This document shows positions 14,291-21,269 of a stretch of DNA of 32,000 nt, piece by piece. The translations under genes and the position numbers were made by a program. The stretch comes from Nitratidesulfovibrio vulgaris str. Hildenborough (GTDB lineage Bacteria > Desulfobacterota > Desulfovibrionia > Desulfovibrionales > Desulfovibrionaceae), in NCBI RefSeq assembly GCF_000195755.1, contig NC_002937.3:1620001-1652000 (forward strand), in the 5' to 3' direction. Under the pieces are notes generated by a model. That model worked only from the letters and a program-made list of their open reading frames with translations, had not been told where the DNA came from and made no database searches. How positions within the stretch are numbered: position 1 is the first letter of the stretch; each line of letters starts with the position of its first letter.

Positions 14291-16680
14291 TGTCGCCCTC
14301 CTGCATCAATGACGTGCATACGGTGGCACCATACGTTGCGGACAAGCGGCACACCGTCTGCGTCGATGGTGTAAGCGACCCAGTAGGTAACGACGACCGG
14401 ACGGAAGCAGGCGATACGCACCCCTTCGTCGTTTGTATCGTCAATCCAGCGACCCGACTGCATGGCGTGATGCAGCACCTTGCGGACGTCACTGTCGAGG
14501 ATGCGCCTTTCCTCCATGAGGGCTGCGGCCTTTTCGGTGTAGTGAACGGGAATCGACGCCCATGCAGGCGCGGGTTGGGCATCGGCGCTACGGCCTTTCA
14601 GACGTTCGCAGAGTGCGACCCTGTTCTCACGGCGTTGCGAATAGCCGGGTGCCGGGGGCGTGCAGTCCTCCAGCGTAGTGTCGGGCGTCGAGAAGAAGAG
14701 GTTCAGCATGTGCGCTGTGGGTGTACCGGCCTTGACCAGCCTGTCACGGCACATGGCGCAGTAAGTGACAGCGTGCGTTCCCATGGCGGAGAGACGTTCT
14801 GCCCGACCGCGGGTCAGCTTGTCGGCAAGGGGAGGGTTGGCCTCTGCGACCAGCCCGCCGAAGCCGCAGCATTCGGTGCGTTCCCGTGTAAGGGCCGGTT
14901 CGCGGTACTCCACGCCGAGGGCTACCAGTAGCGCCCGGACGGCATTGCGCAGGGGCTCGTCTTCACGAGTGCCGCACGGGTCGTGCAGGACGAGGTCCCC
15001 CTTCCACGGATGGGGAGTGCCGAAGGGCTCAAGACCGTGCTTGTCTGCCACTTCGGCCATCTTCTCCCAGAGAGTCTCGACGGGGATGTGCGGCAGTCCG
15101 TTACGCAGTGTCGTCGCGCAGGAGGGACATGCCGTGACCAGTATGGGGCGGCCCAGTTCTTCCCAGTGCGATTCGACGGTGTGCAGTGTGTCCTGATGCA
15201 GTTGTTCGCGCCCTGCCCAGTGCGCCGGGGCTCCGCAACAGTGGGCGAGCAGACCCACACCGCTACGCTTCGCATCGTCGATGGCGGGAAGCCATCGTTG
15301 CAGCCAGCACCACGTTGATTCGACAAGACCCGGTGCAGAGGCGGTAAGCTGGCATCCGGGAAAGAAGAGCCATGTGCTGTTCTGTTTCTCGGCTTCGTGG
15401 CGGGCGACGACGCAGGTCCCGCTGTTGGCGAAGGCCATGTCGCGCAAGGCGAATTCATGCGCCGAGGGGGGCATCTTGTCGCGGTGCACCATGCTGCGGC
15501 GCGCATCGAGGCAGAGTGCCCCCATGTCGAAACCTTCCGGGCATACGGTCGCGCAAAGGCCGCACATCATGCATGAGTCGATCATGGTGTTCGCCTGACG
15601 CGTACCCATGACGATGGATTCGTTGTTGTAGATGCGTCTGGCGTATTGCTTGGGATAGCCGCCGTACTCCGCCAGATAGGCGCAGTGACGGACGCATTCC
15701 ATACATTCGCAACGGATGCACCGTGCCGCCTCCCGGCGTGCTTCGTCAGCCGTGTACCCTTCGGGAGGTTCGACGACGGGAGACAGCGGTACGACATCGG
15801 CGAGACTTGTGAACAATCTGGCCGAGAAGACCCCTTCGCGTTCGCGTCCCGCGACGAGAGACACCTTCTGGAGAAAGCGTTCCATCGAGGTCGCGGCGCG
15901 TCGACCGAGTGCCGCCATCTCCACGGGGGAATGACCCGGTGCGGTTTCGTCCGGCCTCTCCGAATCCCCCGGTCGTGCCGGGGGTATTGCCGCGAAGACG
16001 CCGGGGGTGGCGGTGCCGAGAGTCACGACGTCGGGTGGCTGGTCTTCTTCGCAATAGAGAGGATAGGCCACCGGGGCGATGAATACCGCATGTCCAGATG
16101 CGCCCCACTCGTCGATGGCTTGGGAGGGCGGAAGGGGGCCCTCATGGATGGTGACGCCCATGCGCCGGAGGGTGTCGACCTCTTCTGCGAGGTGGGCTGA
16201 GAGCGTGTCGAGTATGGCATGCCCGGCTGGACGCCGTAACCCGTCCAGAATCGCTTCAGCGGTGGAGAGGGTGTGAAGTGCCACGGTGATGCCCTTGCGG
16301 GACAGGTCCCACGCGGCAGCCAGCCCTGCAAGGTCGCCGCCGAGGATGACGGCATCAAGACCGCGACGGGGCATGGGCGGCGCGGGCGCAGGTCGCCCCG
16401 ATGCCTCGGCGCAGGCGCGCTCAAGTCCCGCGATATGCAGACCGCCTCCAGCCTCGTTCCGCAGGCAGGCGTTGCGGCATGGCTGGTCGCAGATACGTGC
16501 CAGCAGCGTGGGAAGCGGCAGCGTGCGGCAGAGTACGCCCCACGCCTTGCGGAGGTCGCCTTCCGCCATGTGTGTGCAGAAGGCCCGCACGTCGACATGC
16601 AAAGGACAGGCTGCACGGCACCGGGGCGGTTCCTCCTGCGTGCAGCGTGATTCCCACTGGCGTAGTTCGGACTGGTCCAT
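14287..16680 (-). CDS. Multidomain flavo/iron-sulfur oxidoreductase: GltD-type helical FeS domain, dinucleotide-binding domain, 2x[4Fe-4S] ferredoxin and two CCG (HdrD/GlpC-like) domains
   Basis: 797-aa ORF. N-terminus CRAACPLHVDVRAF...ICDQPCRNAC (glutamate-synthase small-subunit-type). GxGxxG-like VILGGDLAGLAAAWDL. Ferredoxin motifs CIRCECMECVRHC and CMMCGLCATVCP. CCG-type motifs FFPGCQ...CCGAP and LHDPCG...ECCGFGG. RBS GGAGAAGG before ATG 16680. Confidence 0.8.
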   Translation of the reverse strand: MDQSELRQWESRCTQEEPPRCRAACPLHVDVRAFCTHMAEGDLRKAWGVLCRTLPLPTLLARICDQPCRNACLRNEAGGGLHIAGLERACAEASGRPAPAPPMPRRGLDAVILGGDLAGLAAAWDLSRKGITVALHTLSTAEAILDGLRRPAGHAILDTLSAHLAEEVDTLRRMGVTIHEGPLPPSQAIDEWGASGHAVFIAPVAYPLYCEEDQPPDVVTLGTATPGVFAAIPPARPGDSERPDETAPGHSPVEMAALGRRAATSMERFLQKVSLVAGREREGVFSARLFTSLADVVPLSPVVEPPEGYTADEARREAARCIRCECMECVRHCAYLAEYGGYPKQYARRIYNNESIVMGTRQANTMIDSCMMCGLCATVCPEGFDMGALCLDARRSMVHRDKMPPSAHEFALRDMAFANSGTCVVARHEAEKQNSTWLFFPGCQLTASAPGLVESTWCWLQRWLPAIDDAKRSGVGLLAHCCGAPAHWAGREQLHQDTLHTVESHWEELGRPILVTACPSCATTLRNGLPHIPVETLWEKMAEVADKHGLEPFGTPHPWKGDLVLHDPCGTREDEPLRNAVRALLVALGVEYREPALTRERTECCGFGGLVAEANPPLADKLTRGRAERLSAMGTHAVTYCAMCRDRLVKAGTPTAHMLNLFFSTPDTTLEDCTPPAPGYSQRRENRVALCERLKGRSADAQPAPAWASIPVHYTEKAAALMEERRILDSDVRKVLHHAMQSGRWIDDTNDEGVRIACFRPVVVTYWVAYTIDADGVPLVRNVWCHRMHVIDAGGRQ

Positions 16681-16698
16681 GCCTTCTCCCCACGGTGT

Positions 16699-16731
16699 GC
16701 GGGCGGCACACCCGATGGATGTGCCGCCCGC
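16699..16731 (-). promoter_or_regulatory. 12-bp GC-rich stem-loop between mop and the downstream cassette (possible attenuator or mRNA-stability element; no U-tract)
   Basis: GCGGGCGGCACA (16699-16710) pairs perfectly with TGTGCCGCCCGC (16720-16731) around a 9-nt loop. It sits in the 70-nt gap between the mop stop (16751) and the next start (16680). Confidence 0.5.
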
Positions 16732-16750
16732 TTCATCTTTACGTGTCAGA

Positions 16751-19471
16751 TCATTTGCCCTGCAGACCTGCGAGCACCTTCTCGGGCAGCGCGGGCAGCC
16801 GCGTCACCCTCACCCCGCAGGCGTTGTGGATGGCGTTGATGATGGCCGCATGGGGGCAGGTGAGTGGCAGTTCGCCGACACCGCCCGCGCCGAAGGGGCC
16901 TTCGGGACGGGGCACTTCGACGTAGACGAGGTCGATCTCGTCCGGAATCTGCTTGATGTAGGGGAACCCGGCTCCCGGCATGGTCGAGTGCTTCTTGATG
17001 TCCTCGAAGTCCTCCGAAAGGGCGAGCCCTATGCCCTGCGCGATGCCGCCATACAACTGCCCGTCGACAGTCAGCCTGTTCACGATCTTGCCGATGTCGG
17101 CCACCAGGGTCATCTTGTCCACTGTGGTCTTGCCGGTGGCCAGTTCCACCGAGACCTCGGCAAGGAACACGCCGTACATGTACACGGCGAAGGGGCTGCC
17201 CTGACCCTCTGCGTTGCAGTCGGTGCAAGGGGCGGACCACTTGCCGCTGTACCGGGTGGCTATCTTCTCATCACGCATCTCGGCATAGGTGCGGAAGGTT
17301 CCGTCGGCTTTCCGCATCCCGCCCAGAAGGAGTTCGCAACCCGCCTTGATGGCGCGTCCGACAACGACCTGCGAACGGCTGCCTCCGGCAGGGCCTGCAT
17401 TGGGGCAGACCGCCGTATCGTTGAGGACAAGCCTGATGTTCTCGGGGGCGATGCCGAGGGGGCGCAGGGCTTCGTGGGCGGTACCCAGCGTACCCATGTC
17501 CGCACCCTGTCCGTGGTCGTGCCACGTGGCGAAGATGGTCACCGTGCCATCTTCGTTGAGTTCGACGGCGATCTCGGCCGTGTCCGGCCCGTCGAGACCG
17601 CAGCCGTATACGCCCACCGAGATGCCCACGCCCTTTTTCACCTCCGCCGTGGATTCACGCGCGGCCTTCTCCTTGGCGGCAAGGTAGCGCGGGCGGGCGG
17701 TGTCCAGCAACTCGGGCAGGCTCAAGACTTCGGGGACCTGTCCGGTGGGAGTGGTGGCACCTTCGCGGTAGACGTTGCGGTAACGCAGTTCAAGCGGGTC
17801 GATGCCCAGCTTCTCGGCGAGTTCGTCCATCAGCACTTCAGAGGCGAACTCGCTCTGTGGGGAACCATAGCCGCGGAAGGCCGACCCCCATGCATGGTTG
17901 GTGCACACCGTGCGGCCCAGACCGCGTATGCTCGGGATGTCGTAGCCGGCACCGATGAACTGCGCCCCGCGCAGCGTGAGCAGGTCGCCGAATTCCGAAT
18001 ACGGGCCGTGGTCGACCGACCAGTCGCTTTCCATGGCCAGCAGTTTGCCCTCACGGGTGGCCGCATAGCGCAGGTTGATGAAGAAGGGCGAGCGTTTGCC
18101 CGTGTATGTCTGTTGCTGGTACCACGAGTAGTTGAGGAACACCGGTCGCCCGGTCGCCATGGCCGCAGCACCGACGAGTGCCTCCATGGTGGGGCTGAAC
18201 TTGTAGCCGAAGGTGCCGCCCGTGGGGTTCTGCACCATGATGATGTTGTCGGGTTCGATGCCGAGACCTGGGGCGATCATGTACAGATGCAGGTGAAGGC
18301 CGATGGACTTGGAGTGGATGCACAGCTTGCCATCTTCATTGAAGAAGGCGAAGCCCACGTCGGGTTCGATGGGCATGTGCGGCTGGCGGCCCACATAGAA
18401 GTCGTCCTCGACCACGACATCCGCCTTGTCGAAGATGGGCTTCGTTTCCGGGCCCTTGACGAGGTGCTGCTCGAAATAGACGTTGGGTGTGCCGGGGTGG
18501 ATTTCCATGGCGTCGTCGGCCATGGCTGCTGGCGCGCTCATGTAGGCGGGTAGTACTTCAAGGTCTACTTTAACTGCCGCGGCTGCCGCCTTGGCGTGCT
18601 CTTCGGTGTCGGCGCAGACGATGGCGATGGCGTCCCCGTACTGGAACACCTTCTCATCGCAGAGGATGGGACGGTCCCACCCGTCGCCCTTGTTGGACGG
18701 GAAGGTGATAAGGCCGGTGATGCGGTTCTTGCCCTTGATGTCCTTGTGCGTGACGACCTTGAAGACACCGGGCATCTTCTCGGCTTCGCTGGTGTCGATG
18801 CCGAGTATCTTCGCGTGGGAGGCTTCGGCCTGAACAAGCGCGCAACGCAAGGTCTCCTCCGGCATCTTGATGCCAAGGTCGGCCCCGAAGTCGAGCGTGC
18901 CCGTAACCTTGGCGAGGGCGGACGGGCGGGGGTATTTGGTGCCCCAGATGCGACCATCGGCAGGGATGCGGTACAGCAGGTCGTCCACCTTCATTTCGCC
19001 CCGCACGACGGCGGCTGCGTCCATGACGGCGTCCACCAGAGGTTTGTAACCGGTGCAGCGGCAGGCATTACGGTGTTTCTGGAACCAGTCGCGGACATCG
19101 TCGCGGCTGGGCTTGGGGTTGGTGTCGATAAGAGCCTTGGCCGAGACGATGAACCCCGGCGAACAGAAGCCGCATTGCGCCGCACCATGGGCCATCCATG
19201 CCACCTGAAGCGGATGCAGGTTGTCCGGGGTGCCGATGCCCTCGAGCGTGGTGATGGTGGCACCCTCGGTGAGACGGCTCATCTTGTAGCTGCATGAGCG
19301 GACGAGCTTGCCGTCGACGATGACGTTGCAACTGCCGCAATGACCTTGCCCGCAGCCCACCTTCACACTGGTGAGGCCCAGGCTCTCGCGCAGGTAGGTT
19401 GCCAGTGTCGTGTCGGGGCGGGTGATTGCCATCCGGGGTGCTCCGTTGATCGTGACCATGCGTTTGATCAT
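16751..19471 (-). CDS. mop: Aldehyde oxidoreductase, MOP type (xanthine oxidase family; 2x[2Fe-2S] plus molybdopterin cytosine dinucleotide; no FAD domain)
   Basis: 907 aa from MIKRMVTINGAPRM...GCGQGHCGSCNVIVDGKLVRSC...GAAQCGFCSPGFIVSA...CRCTGYKP, followed by a large Mo-pterin-binding domain. Length and N-terminus parallel the Desulfovibrio gigas MOP protein. AGGAGG RBS 6 nt before ATG 19471. The 80-codon upstream extension in the ORF track (to 19714) has non-protein-like composition. Confidence 0.93.
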   Translation of the reverse strand: MIKRMVTINGAPRMAITRPDTTLATYLRESLGLTSVKVGCGQGHCGSCNVIVDGKLVRSCSYKMSRLTEGATITTLEGIGTPDNLHPLQVAWMAHGAAQCGFCSPGFIVSAKALIDTNPKPSRDDVRDWFQKHRNACRCTGYKPLVDAVMDAAAVVRGEMKVDDLLYRIPADGRIWGTKYPRPSALAKVTGTLDFGADLGIKMPEETLRCALVQAEASHAKILGIDTSEAEKMPGVFKVVTHKDIKGKNRITGLITFPSNKGDGWDRPILCDEKVFQYGDAIAIVCADTEEHAKAAAAAVKVDLEVLPAYMSAPAAMADDAMEIHPGTPNVYFEQHLVKGPETKPIFDKADVVVEDDFYVGRQPHMPIEPDVGFAFFNEDGKLCIHSKSIGLHLHLYMIAPGLGIEPDNIIMVQNPTGGTFGYKFSPTMEALVGAAAMATGRPVFLNYSWYQQQTYTGKRSPFFINLRYAATREGKLLAMESDWSVDHGPYSEFGDLLTLRGAQFIGAGYDIPSIRGLGRTVCTNHAWGSAFRGYGSPQSEFASEVLMDELAEKLGIDPLELRYRNVYREGATTPTGQVPEVLSLPELLDTARPRYLAAKEKAARESTAEVKKGVGISVGVYGCGLDGPDTAEIAVELNEDGTVTIFATWHDHGQGADMGTLGTAHEALRPLGIAPENIRLVLNDTAVCPNAGPAGGSRSQVVVGRAIKAGCELLLGGMRKADGTFRTYAEMRDEKIATRYSGKWSAPCTDCNAEGQGSPFAVYMYGVFLAEVSVELATGKTTVDKMTLVADIGKIVNRLTVDGQLYGGIAQGIGLALSEDFEDIKKHSTMPGAGFPYIKQIPDEIDLVYVEVPRPEGPFGAGGVGELPLTCPHAAIINAIHNACGVRVTRLPALPEKVLAGLQGK

Positions 19472-19509
19472 CAGGATCCTCCTGTAAGGAATGGTGGGCA
19501 TTCTCTGTC

Positions 19510-19539
19510 GGCCCGGAGAGTCGCACGACTCGGAGGGCC
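19510..19539 (-). promoter_or_regulatory. 30-bp imperfect palindrome or RNA hairpin in the mop leader
   Basis: Plus strand reads ggccc-gga-gagtc-gcac-gactc-gga-gggcc. As RNA on the minus strand it is GGCCC UCC GAGUC GUGC GACUC UCC GGGCC, i.e. 5+5 bp with a 3x3 internal loop. The CCUCC segment is complementary to the mop Shine-Dalgarno GGAGG, which lies about 50 nt downstream. Confidence 0.35.
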
Positions 19540-19589
19540 ACCGGTATGACGCTGTAGACCTCGCCCCGTGGGGCGTTTGCGGCGGGTGA

Positions 19590-20609
19590 CTACTTTCCGA
19601 ACGGGCACACCGGGTGGTGGCAGGTTTCGCAGCCTGCGCAGAATCCACCGTGTCCCAGGCTGGTGATGTCTCGCCTTGCCAGACGTTCCCCTGCCAGCAA
19701 TCGGGGGACGACAAGGTCGAAGATGCTCGCCCGGTAGTACATGACGCATCCGGGCAGACCGAGAACAGGGATGTCGTTCAGGTACGCCAGCATGAACATG
19801 ACCCCCGGAAAGGTCGGGGAACCGTAGGTGACCACCTCGGCACCCGTGGCGCGAATGGACGCCGGGGTCTGGTCGTCAGGGTCGACACTCATGCCGCCCG
19901 TCACCACGACCATGTCCGCCCCTTCACCGATGAAGGAGAGGATGGCGTCCCGTGTGGCTTCCGGCGCATCACCGACGAGGCGTTGCCCCATGACCGACGA
20001 CCCCAGCGCTGCGAACTTGTCACGCATGACGGGGCCGAACTTGTCCTTGATGCGGCCATGGAAGATTTCCGAACCGGTGGTGACGACGCCTATGCTGTGC
20101 GAACGCAGAGGTTTCACCTGTACGACAGGGTAGCTGGCGGCGCAGATACGCTCTACCTGCCGAATCTTCGATTCGTCGATGACAAGCGGTACGACCCGGG
20201 TGCCTGCCACGGCACGCCGCGCCGCGATGAACTGACCGCTGTGCATGGTGGCGAGGGCCACCTCATCGATGGCGTTGATGGCGTTCAACGCCTCGACGTC
20301 GACGCAGAGAAGCCCCGGCGATGCCATGAAGTTGATACGCCCCTCGGAGACCTCGGACAGCGATATGCCCGGTCCCGCCGCCGCAGTTGCTATCCGGAGG
20401 GCTGCTTCGTCCTCGTGTAGCTGGTGGGCTTCGAGGTTGAGCACATAGAGATGTTCTTTTCCGATGGAGAGAAGGAGGGGGATGTCCGCCTCGGTGACGA
20501 TGTGTCCCTTGCGGAAAGCGCGCCCCTTGTGTTCGCCCGGAACGATGCGGGTCAGGTCGTGGCAGAGGACGGTACCGACGGCTTGTTCGACAGGAATCGC
20601 TTTCATCAT
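19590..20609 (-). CDS. Molybdopterin-binding protein (MoeA N-terminal plus MoCF_biosynth domains) with Cys-rich C-terminal tail
   Basis: 339 aa. MMKAIPVEQAVGTVLCHDLTRIV... is MoeA-N-like. SIGVVTTGSEIFHGRIKDKFGPVM...ADMVVVTGGMSVDPDD is MoCF_biosynth-like. It ends GGFCAGCETCHHPVCPFGK (CxxCxxCxxxxC). Confidence 0.8.
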   Translation of the reverse strand: MMKAIPVEQAVGTVLCHDLTRIVPGEHKGRAFRKGHIVTEADIPLLLSIGKEHLYVLNLEAHQLHEDEAALRIATAAAGPGISLSEVSEGRINFMASPGLLCVDVEALNAINAIDEVALATMHSGQFIAARRAVAGTRVVPLVIDESKIRQVERICAASYPVVQVKPLRSHSIGVVTTGSEIFHGRIKDKFGPVMRDKFAALGSSVMGQRLVGDAPEATRDAILSFIGEGADMVVVTGGMSVDPDDQTPASIRATGAEVVTYGSPTFPGVMFMLAYLNDIPVLGLPGCVMYYRASIFDLVVPRLLAGERLARRDITSLGHGGFCAGCETCHHPVCPFGK

Positions 20610-20699
20610 GAGTGGGGGCTCCGAGGCTGTTTCGCTGTCGTGGGTGAACGTTCGAACAATAAAGGTGCGTCAATCATGGATATAGGATGATTATTTTTC

Positions 20700-20719
20700 T
20701 TATGCACAGACTTGCATAA
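20700..20719. promoter_or_regulatory. Perfect inverted repeat TTATGCA-N6-TGCATAA, candidate operator (ModE-like regulator?) overlapping a candidate promoter of the moeA-like/mop operon
   Basis: ttatgca 20700-20706, cagact 20707-20712, tgcataa 20713-20719. On the minus strand it sits inside TTGACT-17 nt-CATAAG. It lies in the AT-rich 230-bp divergent region between the ModE-like gene and the MoeA-like gene. Confidence 0.4.
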
Positions 20720-20839
20720 CAAGTCAACGAACATTCCCATGAGATGGAAATAATGCGAAGGAGTATGCTATAAAACGTGAATGTGCGGTGAGTTGCACCA
20801 ACGTGTGTGATGATGTCATGCGACAACAACGGAGATGGC

Positions 20840-21211
20840 ATGAAGCAGGAACGGTTCAAGCTTCGCCTCAAGCTATGGATTGACGCCGATGGCGAGAACG
20901 CCTTCGGCCCGGGCAGTGCCGCATTGCTCAAAGGTGTGGAGGAAACGGGGTCTCTGGCGGGCGCCGCCCGGGCGCTCGGGATGTCATACCGTGCCGCCTG
21001 GGGCAGGGTGCGCAAGATAGAAGCCCGCCTCGGCGAGGCGGTTCTACGGAAGCGAGGCGGAAACAAGGCGGGCTACGAGTTGACTGCCCGCGGGCATGCC
21101 ATGCTCGTTGCCTATGAGGCGCTGTTCGAGGAAATGGATACCCTTGCTCAGGCGAGATTCCAGGAGCTTTTCGCCAGTCCAGAATCTGCCGGCAGGGTTA
21201 GGGACGAGTGA
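20840..21211 (+). CDS. ModE N-terminal-domain-type winged-HTH regulator lacking Mop/TOBE molybdate-binding domains
   Basis: MKQERFKLRLKLWIDADGENAFGPGSAALLKGVEETGSLAGAARALGMSYRAAWGRVRKIEARLGEAVLRKRGGNKAGYELTARG matches the ModE/LysR-type HTH domain. At 123 aa there is no room for di-Mop domains. Start set at ATG 20840 (GGAG, 5-nt spacer) rather than GTG 20807. Confidence 0.8.
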   Translation: MKQERFKLRLKLWIDADGENAFGPGSAALLKGVEETGSLAGAARALGMSYRAAWGRVRKIEARLGEAVLRKRGGNKAGYELTARGHAMLVAYEALFEEMDTLAQARFQELFASPESAGRVRDE

Positions 21212-21269
21212 AAAACGTGGAGTGGAACAGGGGCATGACCAAGGTCGCCGTCTCTCAACCCGGCTGTCT

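Noticed and set aside
16286-18553. 755-aa plus-strand ORF
   Set aside because: It is antisense to mop and to the 797-aa FeS protein. The sequence is Gly/Ala/Arg/Val-rich and low in information, while the minus strand encodes unmistakable [2Fe-2S]/Mo-pterin enzyme sequence.
19472-19714. 81-codon N-terminal extension of the mop ORF (track start 19714)
   Set aside because: The extension overlaps the 3' end of the MoeA-like gene and reads as non-protein-like sequence. A strong AGGAGG RBS precedes the internal ATG at 19471, which yields a 907-aa product beginning MIKRMVTING, like known MOP proteins.
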